The notes beneath the pieces are model-generated. The model did not search any database, was not told the origin of the DNA, and saw only the letters and a program-made list of their open reading frames with translations. 24,037 bases of DNA from positions 1-24,037 of IMG/VR virus record IMGVR_UViG_3300020379_000508; one strand, written 5' to 3'. The translations under genes were made by a program, and so were the position numbers. This DNA is from a virus. Lineage: Duplodnaviria; Caudoviricetes. Shown piece after piece: positions 16,330 through 24,037 of the stretch. How positions within the stretch are numbered: position 1 is the first letter of the stretch; each line of letters opens with the position of its first letter.

Positions 16330-17142
16330 ATGAATTTATTTCAAGAAGCAAAAGAAGTTTTAGATAAAAGTGGTAAGGTCAATCCATTAGGTCCTTACGG
16401 CAGAAGTAAACTAACAGGCAGAGAAGTCGCAACTTATTTTAGAAACAATAAAGTTAAAGATGCCAATATCAAAAAGGCAGTAGAAGTTGCACTCGATCTA
16501 GGTGGGGCAGATACAATCGCAAGAAAAGAAATCAAAAAGTTTTATGGCGATAAAATTCTTAAATCTAAAGAAGTTCAAAATGCATTAGTATATGCAAACG
16601 AATCAGTCGAGTTTACACTTGACATGATAAACGAAGATGAAGTTAAAGTCGACCACGAAAACCCTAAAGACAGAGCTAATCAAGATAAATTTAGAAAAGT
16701 AATACAACTTGGTAAACAAGCAAAGATTAAACTCTTAGATGGTGGTGGCAGAGGTTATAGAGCACAAGGTAACAGAGCACAAATTCAAAAATTCAAACAA
16801 TTAGTATCAAAAGAGTTTGGTAAATCAGTTAGTATTTCTGAAACTACTATGATGTCAGGTAAACCACAAAAGAAATCAATGAGTCAAATTAAAAGAGACA
16901 TGAATAAATCTGTTAAAGATGCAAATCTAAAACTCAAAGATGCGATGAAGAGAAAGAAAGACAGAGAAGCCAGACTAAGACAACAGAATAACGAAGTTGA
17001 AAAAGTAAAAGAAGATATAAAACTCAACGAGTTCGATGCCATTCGTAAGATGTGGGCAGATTCAATCGAAGAGAGTAATATAGAAAGAGGCATCATGAAG
17101 AAGATGCGAAGAGGTAAAGTAGCAAAAGGCATGCCGAGGTAA
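16330..17142 (+). CDS. Basic modular protein, probable internal head protein
   Basis: N-terminus MNLFQE; junctions ANE, INE, ISE, LNE, IEE between basic modules. Confidence 0.7.
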   Translation: MNLFQEAKEVLDKSGKVNPLGPYGRSKLTGREVATYFRNNKVKDANIKKAVEVALDLGGADTIARKEIKKFYGDKILKSKEVQNALVYANESVEFTLDMINEDEVKVDHENPKDRANQDKFRKVIQLGKQAKIKLLDGGGRGYRAQGNRAQIQKFKQLVSKEFGKSVSISETTMMSGKPQKKSMSQIKRDMNKSVKDANLKLKDAMKRKKDREARLRQQNNEVEKVKEDIKLNEFDAIRKMWADSIEESNIERGIMKKMRRGKVAKGMPR

Positions 17143-17145
17143 ATC

Positions 17146-18996
17146 ATGGCCAGAATGTCAAAAGAAATGCCAATCAAAGTCTTCGCAAAGAAGATTGGCA
17201 TAGATAAAAAAGAACAAGAGTGGATAGAGAAGAACGATAAAGAAACTCACTACTATAACAACAGTGCATTAAAGAATTCATGGTTATCTTTAAGTTATCC
17301 TATCTATGATGGTGATTACTACTTTGCATTTATTCACGACAAAGCGAGAGTCAACGCACAATACAACGCAAAAGCAAACAGAGAACTTAAAAGTTATGTA
17401 AAGTCATTTTTAGATAAAGATGAAATCTTTGATAAAATGGAAAAGTATTTTGAAATGCAATTTAAAGATGCAGGCGCAGGCGATACAATGACTAGAGAAG
17501 AACTCTGGACTGCAATCGTTGACATGAGAAGTAAGAATCCTGCACCTAAAAAGAAAACAAACGAACAGGTATCTTTTGCATTTGATACTATGAAAACTGC
17601 ACAAACCTTTGAACGAAAAGTAGATGGTAAACCAATGAATATCGTCAAGGTTGGCACTGGTAAATATTATGTGGTAGAGTTGAGACCAGATACAGATACA
17701 AAAGATAGACAGAATGCAGCTAAGATTGCTGTGCAAATGGGTTTAAGTGAATCATATATCGAAGAAGGCCAGTTTTGGGGTCAAGATAAAATGGCTAAAA
17801 GTGCCAAAAAGATGTTCAACAAAAACACTCATGTCAAATTAGTTAAAGACAAGGGTAGTTATCAAAGTGCAACAATATCTAAAAAAGATAAAAAGAAAAT
17901 TGCACAACTAAAAAAAGATGGTTACAAAGAAGTTCCTTTAGAATCAGTAAACGAAAACTACAGGACACTTGCAAAATATGGCATGGGCACAGAGACATCT
18001 AGAAGTGCGAGAGTTGGTCTAGAGTTAGATTTTTATGACGATAAGGGCAATAAACAATTTGGTAAAATCTTACAAAGAACAAATACAGGTTATCTTGTTA
18101 AAGATGACAAAGGTAAAAAACATGTATTAAAATATCATGATAGAAAGAAAGCAGCTAAGATGTTGAAACCAAATTATGTTCATACAGAAAGTTCAAATAT
18201 CATGGACACATACAGACAGATGAATACTCAGCAACAAGAAACTTTTAACGAAGCATCTTCTGGTGAAATGATTGATAAGTTATTCAATCTCAAAGGTGAT
18301 AAAGATTCACAATACGGTGTTGCTAAGATGTTAAACATGACAGGTGTTAAAGTTGTTCAAGCAATGCAGAAACAAAATCCACAAGGATTTGCAAAGTTAG
18401 TTGCACAATTAGGTAAAGAGAAAAAGATTACATTACCTACCAACAACAAACTAATGAAAATGTTCAAACAACAAGGTGTCAAACCTTTACCAGAATCTAT
18501 TAATGAAGTTAAGAAACAAGAAGTTGATGCAATGAAAAAGATTTCTAAAGATATGCAATCAGTTTTAAAAGCATATCAAAAAGTTGCATCAATGGGTGAC
18601 AAGACACTTAAAGATACAAAACATAATGCATCATACAAAAAAGTTCTTGATGCTAGAGATGCAATACTAAAAATGATTGGAACTCTCAACACACAAATGT
18701 TGTTAACAAGAGAAGAAACAAATCTTTGGTCAAAATTAATGACAGAAGAACAGATTACTTACAAAGTTAAGGGTATGCAGACACCTGAAAGACAGAAGTT
18801 TAGACAATCTGCTAAAATGATGAAAGTGCAACTTGACATCATAGACTCAGATAAACAGACTAATAAAGTAAAGAAAGGCGAAACAGTTCTTATTGTGACT
18901 GGAAATAAAAAGAAACTTAGAGACTTTGATTCAGTTGTAAGAGGTAAATCTTCTTATGGTGACCCATCAACAATTAAACATTTTGACGAAAAATGA
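17146..18996 (+). CDS. Large Lys-rich modular protein, probable internal head polyprotein
   Basis: GAGG SD; ~60-140 aa modules separated by TNE, LSESYIEE, PLESVNE, FNE, LPESINE and LMTEE. Confidence 0.75.
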   Translation: MARMSKEMPIKVFAKKIGIDKKEQEWIEKNDKETHYYNNSALKNSWLSLSYPIYDGDYYFAFIHDKARVNAQYNAKANRELKSYVKSFLDKDEIFDKMEKYFEMQFKDAGAGDTMTREELWTAIVDMRSKNPAPKKKTNEQVSFAFDTMKTAQTFERKVDGKPMNIVKVGTGKYYVVELRPDTDTKDRQNAAKIAVQMGLSESYIEEGQFWGQDKMAKSAKKMFNKNTHVKLVKDKGSYQSATISKKDKKKIAQLKKDGYKEVPLESVNENYRTLAKYGMGTETSRSARVGLELDFYDDKGNKQFGKILQRTNTGYLVKDDKGKKHVLKYHDRKKAAKMLKPNYVHTESSNIMDTYRQMNTQQQETFNEASSGEMIDKLFNLKGDKDSQYGVAKMLNMTGVKVVQAMQKQNPQGFAKLVAQLGKEKKITLPTNNKLMKMFKQQGVKPLPESINEVKKQEVDAMKKISKDMQSVLKAYQKVASMGDKTLKDTKHNASYKKVLDARDAILKMIGTLNTQMLLTREETNLWSKLMTEEQITYKVKGMQTPERQKFRQSAKMMKVQLDIIDSDKQTNKVKKGETVLIVTGNKKKLRDFDSVVRGKSSYGDPSTIKHFDEK

Positions 18997-19565
18997 ACGA
19001 AACAGAAAAAACGATAGAAAAGATTTTAACATCTGACGCTAGACGAAAAGAGTTTAGAAAGAAATTGTTAAAACTTGGCTATGTAAAGAAAGCCAAAGAA
19101 GCAAATCAGATCATGGAAGTTATTGCTGATTTTGGCATGATGTCAGATGCAGGTAATAAAAAGATTGCTCGTGCTGTATCAAGTGCAAAGAATGAGAAAG
19201 ATTTGAAAGCCAAGATAGATAAAATATCTACTATGGCAGGCGGAAAATATGGTGAAGCTTCAGAAGATGAAGTATATCAGAGAGCTTTAGATGCTATGCA
19301 GTCTAAAGCAAAAGGTGTTCAGAACAGACCAGATGCAAATATGTTGATACAACTGAGAAAGTTCAAAGACATCACAAAAGATGGTGAAATTAGAACTGAT
19401 GACATGAAATCGTCTAAAGTAAAAAGAGACGATGCAGTCAAAGTTCATGACACTTTAATGCAGGTTAGAGGTCCAGTTAGGACTAAATACCTACAGTTAT
19501 TACAAAAAAATAAACAATCTTTTAGTAAGGCATTTAACGCCATTCTAAAAGTTGCAAATAAATAG
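18993..19565 (+). CDS. Basic hypothetical protein, probable internal head protein
   Basis: ATGA coupled; K-rich; IME junction. Confidence 0.7.
   Translation: MNETEKTIEKILTSDARRKEFRKKLLKLGYVKKAKEANQIMEVIADFGMMSDAGNKKIARAVSSAKNEKDLKAKIDKISTMAGGKYGEASEDEVYQRALDAMQSKAKGVQNRPDANMLIQLRKFKDITKDGEIRTDDMKSSKVKRDDAVKVHDTLMQVRGPVRTKYLQLLQKNKQSFSKAFNAILKVANK
19557..19564 (+). promoter_or_regulatory. T4-type late promoter variant AATAAATA followed by GAGAGG SD
   Basis: Overlaps upstream stop; precedes structural-looking gene 19581. Confidence 0.55.
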
Positions 19566-19580
19566 AGAGAGGAAAATAAA

Positions 19581-20132
19581 ATGGCATTATGGGGAGTATC
19601 TGATTCAGACGAATCAAAACCAAAATACTTGAATACCGCTGATGCAAAAAATTGTATTGCGAAACCAGAAGGTTGGGTTCTAAAGAAAACAGTTGGTTCT
19701 AGAAACTTAGAAGAGATTTTAGTTGCAACAGGAGCTGATCTTGCAGTTGGTATCGGTCAGGCAGACATTACTGAAATTGATTTTGTCACAACAGCATTTG
19801 ACAAATCAGACGGTGGAACATTATCAGTCAAAGTATTCTTTAACGAGAATGTGACTGTATCAGGAACACCACAATTAACAGTTGTTAACGACCAAAGAGC
19901 AAACCACACATTATCATATGCAAGTGGTTCAACAACCAACGAACTAGTATTCAATCTTGTGATTGGCGCAGCTAACGCCGCTACATCAGCAGGTGACGAA
20001 TTAAGTATTGGTGCAAACGCAGTATCATTAAATGGCGGAACTATTGTTGACACAGCAGGTGGTGGTAATGCAACTATCACAAACAGTGGTGCAATAGGAA
20101 CAGCAGCTGGAACAATTACAGTAGCTGCTTAA
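19581..20132 (+). CDS. Virion structural protein (MALWG N-terminus, beta-rich Ig-like C-terminal domain)
   Basis: MALWG start that I recall from marine T4-like virion proteins; V.FNE.VTV.GTPQL, YASGS.T.EL.F, LNGGTI.D resemble Ig-like repeats; Gly/Ala/Thr-rich. Confidence 0.7.
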   Translation: MALWGVSDSDESKPKYLNTADAKNCIAKPEGWVLKKTVGSRNLEEILVATGADLAVGIGQADITEIDFVTTAFDKSDGGTLSVKVFFNENVTVSGTPQLTVVNDQRANHTLSYASGSTTNELVFNLVIGAANAATSAGDELSIGANAVSLNGGTIVDTAGGGNATITNSGAIGTAAGTITVAA

Positions 20133-20147
20133 TTATAAGGTAACATT

Positions 20148-20411
20148 ATGAGAATACATGTTTTAGGTTCAGAAGCGGCTTGTGGCACAAGCTCAGGCAA
20201 TGGTTCTAATTTTGGACTATCTACTGCTGTGCGACTTGTAAATACAGGCGCAACAGATAGATTAGTTTCTATAGAAAACAGTTCTAACTCTCTCATAGGC
20301 ACTTTCACTCTTAAAGCGAATAGTGTAGAGATAGTCCAAAAAGACGCTTCTCACGAAATATTTGCCGCTAACGCAGCTGTTAAAGGCGTTGGGGTAGCAA
20401 TAACAGGATAG
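20148..20411 (+). CDS. Small beta-rich protein, probably virion-associated
   Basis: 87 aa, AAGG SD, A/G/S/T-rich, AVRLVN..., IGTFTL...EIVQK pattern. Confidence 0.7.
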   Translation: MRIHVLGSEAACGTSSGNGSNFGLSTAVRLVNTGATDRLVSIENSSNSLIGTFTLKANSVEIVQKDASHEIFAANAAVKGVGVAITG

Positions 20412-20413
20412 AT

Positions 20414-20848
20414 ATGAAAACATTTAAAGAATACTTAAACGAAACTCATTCAGAATATGGTTTTAGTGGTGCAGGATTATCCTCATCAACAGTGCCATAT
20501 GACATTGACAATCCAGAAGTAAAGAATAAAGTTAACGCAATTCTAGGTCATGTTGCAGTATCAGAGTTCTTAAATCCAGCGGCCGCTGTTGCTCAGATGG
20601 AAGCAAAACTTGGTCAAATTGGAATGATGAAGAAACATACAGTAGAAGGACACGGTGAAGTGCAACAAGAAGAGTTTGGTAAATCAGGTCAGATAGACTT
20701 ACAATTCTCACAAATGGGTGAGACAATAGGTAAGTCAGTAGACACACCGATAGACCAACTTGATAAAGAAGAAAAAATCGTAAATCTTAATATTAGATAC
20801 GAACAATTAGAATCAGGTTCTTACAAAGTTTACGGTTCTATAGTTTAA
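20414..20848 (+). CDS. Hypothetical protein with canonical capsid-targeting sequence
   Basis: N-terminus MKTFKEYLNE closely matches the T4 internal-protein CTS (MKTYQEFIAE-like). Confidence 0.75.
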   Translation: MKTFKEYLNETHSEYGFSGAGLSSSTVPYDIDNPEVKNKVNAILGHVAVSEFLNPAAAVAQMEAKLGQIGMMKKHTVEGHGEVQQEEFGKSGQIDLQFSQMGETIGKSVDTPIDQLDKEEKIVNLNIRYEQLESGSYKVYGSIV

Positions 20849-20878
20849 GTTAAAACTTAAACACTACATACTTATATT

Positions 20879-21250
20879 ATGGGTCTTTTTGACAAAATCA
20901 CTGCGAAGAATTTTAACGCCTATGCGATGAAGCATTATGATGATCCTCAATGCGAAGACATCGAAGACTTCAATGAAGACTTACGCAGATTCAGATATCT
21001 AAAACGATTATTACATCGTTATCACGAGAATGGCGAACTTAGAGAACGCCTCATGTTAAATCATCTTATATGTCTATTCAATGTATTTGGATTTGAGGCA
21101 TGTATGAGAATGTTGCATTTTAAAATCAAAGAAGATAAACACTGGTCATCTATCAAGACAATGTTAATCTATCTTGATCTGATAAAGGAAGACTGGATGA
21201 CAGATATACCAATAGATGACACACTTGTGCAAAGACTAAGACTTTTATAA
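20879..21250 (+). CDS. Conserved T4-like phage hypothetical protein
   Basis: NF..YAMKHYDDPQC....F.EDL.RF.YLKRLL.RY...GEL.ERL.LNH.I...NVFG pattern, recalled as conserved in T4-like phages; function unknown. Confidence 0.8.
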   Translation: MGLFDKITAKNFNAYAMKHYDDPQCEDIEDFNEDLRRFRYLKRLLHRYHENGELRERLMLNHLICLFNVFGFEACMRMLHFKIKEDKHWSSIKTMLIYLDLIKEDWMTDIPIDDTLVQRLRLL

Positions 21251-21258
21251 CATAAATA
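21251..21258 (+). promoter_or_regulatory. T4-type late promoter variant CATAAATA
   Basis: 5 nt before ATG 21264; no SD. Confidence 0.6.
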
Positions 21259-21263
21259 GTATT

Positions 21264-21893
21264 ATGGTCGGAAGAGTAATAGACAGTTTAATTGTATTTC
21301 GTTTTCTAAAGATGTTAGTGACACCTTTTGCAAAAACACCTGCCTTTAAGTTTGGATTCATAGATGAAAGAGGCAACAGAATTAAATTTCTTACAGACCC
21401 CGATAACAAAAATCAAAAGTTACCAAACAATCCTGTATCAAAAGATGAAAAGAACTCTCTTACACCTTTACATAGATTAGTATTCAATCTTAAAAAACTC
21501 ATAGAAAAAATACCAGGCGGTAAATCTATACTCGCCTCATATGCAGTCGCATTACTATTATTAAAAGAAGAACATAATTTAGAAGATGAACAAGCAGAAC
21601 AATTATACGAAGACTTCTACAGATATTTAAAACAAGAAAATAAATTAGATGCAGACATGATTACAGAATCTATGGAAGTTGGTAGATTATGCACACGAAG
21701 AATGAATGGTGGTCACTATCATTTAAGACAACAACTAAAACAAAATTGGGACGAGTATGGTGATTTCAAAGTTTATCCAGCAAAAACTAAAATCATTGAT
21801 GTTCAAGAACACTCGCTTGTATATGGCATCAAAATATATGAGGGTAGAATAGATGAAGACAAAGTTCTATTCACAGCAGAAGATGTATATTAA
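21264..21893 (+). CDS. Conserved T4-like phage hypothetical protein
   Basis: FRFLKMLVTPF..T.AFK.G.ID..G, LHRLVFNLKKLI, ASYA.AL.LLKE; LKE and ITE motifs separate the domains. Confidence 0.8.
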   Translation: MVGRVIDSLIVFRFLKMLVTPFAKTPAFKFGFIDERGNRIKFLTDPDNKNQKLPNNPVSKDEKNSLTPLHRLVFNLKKLIEKIPGGKSILASYAVALLLLKEEHNLEDEQAEQLYEDFYRYLKQENKLDADMITESMEVGRLCTRRMNGGHYHLRQQLKQNWDEYGDFKVYPAKTKIIDVQEHSLVYGIKIYEGRIDEDKVLFTAEDVY

Positions 21894-23679
21894 CGAAGTA
21901 TTATATCATATAGACGAAGACTATAAAAAATGGTGTGACACCATTGATATGGTTTGTGAAGAACTATTACTAGAACAGAAAGATGATTGGTTCTTTAACA
22001 TGACACCAGATGAACAAGACCAATATCTCAAAGATCACCCAAACTCAGATAAGGCAAAAGAACTTTCAAAGAAAAGAAATAAACTAAAACCTACAGATTT
22101 TGTGCCAAATAAAGATGTAAAAGACACAGGCAATGTAGATGATGGCGATGTTGATGGTGATGACATACCAGACGAAGAAGATGAATCAATAACATTACCT
22201 GATACAGTTGGTGATCTAAAACTTCATATCAGAAGTATGCAAGATGCCGTAGGTGCAGATATAGCTGATATCGCTATGGCATTTAAAGAACCATCAGTTT
22301 TCAATACAGTGAAAGCGATAGGCGGTTCTATATCTGGTTCTTCTAGAATTATCATGGGTTCACTCAGAACAGTAGGTAAAAGTTTAAAAGTTGGTGCATC
22401 AGCATTACATGATACAGATACTTTTCAAAAGTTAAAAGGTGGTGTAATCAAAGTCGATGAGTTCATGCAGAAGAATAAGGCACTTGCAACATTGAGTGCA
22501 GTTGCAGTATCAGGTCTTGCAATTGGTCAATGGTTAAGAATGTCATTCTCAGGTGATATAGAATCAGATTTTGACTTGACTATTATACCACAAGCATTTG
22601 CAGGCGAAGCAGGATTCAAAGAACTAATTGCAACACCAGATGGTATAAAAGGTATGGGGTTATTGAGTGCAGGTATGGCAACAGGTGGATTACCAATCTG
22701 GATGGGTGGTGCAACAGGTCTTGCACTTGCATTGACATACTCAGGTCTACAAAGTGCAGGTCAAACAGAGAAAGGTAAAAAACTAAAAGAAAAGATGGTC
22801 AGTTGGGCACAATCTATGGGTGATAAGATTGAGAAAGGTGCAAAGGCAGTCGATAAGAAATTAGGCATACAACAAGAATCAACTCTATTCATAGAAAATA
22901 TTGTCAAGATGAAAGAGATGAAGTATGAAGATGATGAAGAAAAATTAAAACCTGCAAAATATAAAAAAGTCAAAATATTCAAATCAGGTTGGGACAATAT
23001 AGTCTTACCAAAACCACCAACACCAGATAGTAAAGAAGCAAAAGCACAAATGATGAAGACCGTATCAGAAGTAAATGATGTGACTGATCAAGAGAAACAA
23101 GAATATATCAATACAGATAAAGATTCATCATATTACATCAAAGAATATATGGACGAAAATGATCTAGATTATAAAGAAGACATGATAGAGTTTATAGAAG
23201 ACCAGTGTGTGCCAGTCGTTAGACATTACAAAAATACATTTAACTATCCTAGACCATATCAACTTGCAGAGAAATACAAGGTCAAACTAAACAAATTTAA
23301 AACTGGCACTGCATCAACGCCATCGTATCCTTCAGGTCATACAGTGCAACCATATGTTGTTGCAAATTTCTATGGTAAGAAATATCCAGAACACAAGAAA
23401 AATCTAAGAATCATGGCAGATAAGTGTGCGTATGGTCGTGTGAATGCAGGATTACATTTTCCCATGGATTACAATGCAGGTGTCAAACTTGCAGATAGTT
23501 TAAATGATTATATAGATTATGATTATGAATTAAAAGAAGATGCACCAGTGAATGCAACAGGAGTTGCAGTATCGACAGATACACCTCTAGTAAGAAGTAG
23601 AAACACATATAAGAAAAGAAATAAGAAAGAAGCAGAAAAACTCTACACTCGCATACTAAAAAGATACGACTACAGATAA
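21883..23679 (+). CDS. Multidomain protein with a central hydrophobic region and a C-terminal PAP2/haloperoxidase-like phosphatase domain
   Basis: PAP2 motifs KNTFNYPRP (KxxxxxxRP), PSYPSGH and GRVNAGLHFPMD; Gly/Ala-rich hydrophobic segments mid-protein; start 21883 (MYINE) preferred over 21853. Confidence 0.8.
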   Translation: MYINEVLYHIDEDYKKWCDTIDMVCEELLLEQKDDWFFNMTPDEQDQYLKDHPNSDKAKELSKKRNKLKPTDFVPNKDVKDTGNVDDGDVDGDDIPDEEDESITLPDTVGDLKLHIRSMQDAVGADIADIAMAFKEPSVFNTVKAIGGSISGSSRIIMGSLRTVGKSLKVGASALHDTDTFQKLKGGVIKVDEFMQKNKALATLSAVAVSGLAIGQWLRMSFSGDIESDFDLTIIPQAFAGEAGFKELIATPDGIKGMGLLSAGMATGGLPIWMGGATGLALALTYSGLQSAGQTEKGKKLKEKMVSWAQSMGDKIEKGAKAVDKKLGIQQESTLFIENIVKMKEMKYEDDEEKLKPAKYKKVKIFKSGWDNIVLPKPPTPDSKEAKAQMMKTVSEVNDVTDQEKQEYINTDKDSSYYIKEYMDENDLDYKEDMIEFIEDQCVPVVRHYKNTFNYPRPYQLAEKYKVKLNKFKTGTASTPSYPSGHTVQPYVVANFYGKKYPEHKKNLRIMADKCAYGRVNAGLHFPMDYNAGVKLADSLNDYIDYDYELKEDAPVNATGVAVSTDTPLVRSRNTYKKRNKKEAEKLYTRILKRYDYR

Positions 23680-23680
23680 T

Positions 23681-24037
23681 ATGTTAAAATTTTTAAATTG
23701 GCTCGCCCTATTTACATCAGTGGGCATTGCAGGTATAGCTGCCTATTTTTCAGTCATAGGTATGGCGACTATATTTGCAGGCGCTTATCTTGGCACTATA
23801 GTCATGATGACCGCACTAGAAGTTGGTAAGTTGGTTACGGCAGCTTTTCTACATCTTGCGTGGGACAAACTAAACTACATGAAGTATTACCTTGTTTCGG
23901 CAGTAGGTGTATTGATGTTGATTACATCATTAGGTATATTCGGGTATCTATCAAAGGCAAATATAGAGACAACACTTGTAGGTGACTCATATACACTAGA
24001 AATGTCTATCATAGATAAAAGAATAGAATCAAGAGAC
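23681..24037 (+). CDS. Multi-pass membrane protein (partial, runs off window)
   Basis: Manual translation MLKFLNWLALFTSVGIAGIAAYFSVIGMATIFAGAYLGTIVMMTALEVGKLV...LMLITSLGIFGYLSKANIE; about 3 TM segments; no stop before window end. Confidence 0.8.
   Translation, partial: MLKFLNWLALFTSVGIAGIAAYFSVIGMATIFAGAYLGTIVMMTALEVGKLVTAAFLHLAWDKLNYMKYYLVSAVGVLMLITSLGIFGYLSKANIETTLVGDSYTLEMSIIDKRIESRD

Noticed and set aside
905-22997. All minus-strand ORFs in the track
   Set aside because: They lie antisense to well-supported + strand genes, have F/S/L-rich shadow composition and show no recognisable motifs
1-24037. CRISPR array, tandem DNA repeats, IS elements or homing endonucleases
   Set aside because: No regularly spaced direct repeats, transposase, or HNH/GIY-YIG motifs seen by manual reading

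Overview
AT-rich, gene-dense segment, with all credible genes on the + strand, from a large T4-like myovirus genome. It resembles marine T4-like phages; host unknown, though the IscU suggests a proteobacterium. The left third (1-7650) is a replication/early region: 3' end of DNA polymerase gp43, a Mom-like GNAT DNA-modification gene, iscU, a thermonuclease, uvsX, gp41 helicase, a DruA/DUF4338-like gene, a GNAT, a DoxX-like membrane protein and a stand-alone PseT-type 3'-phosphatase. At 7665-8062 a sigma70 promoter and an intrinsic terminator bracket a ~350-nt ORF-free, stem-rich transcript, a candidate novel structured ncRNA. The right two-thirds (8075-24037) is a late region with T4-type TAAATA promoters, several placed so that transcripts would be leaderless. 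It encodes an RNA-ligase-like protein, a ParB-like protein, a HIGH-nucleotidyltransferase/P-loop-kinase fusion, a PAP2-phosphatase fusion and a run of charged proteins. Many of these begin with T4 capsid-targeting-like sequences (MKTFxEYLxE) and contain repeated [ILV]xE motifs, consistent with packaged cargo polyproteins processed by the prohead protease. Family assignments come from motif recognition by eye; no searches were run.
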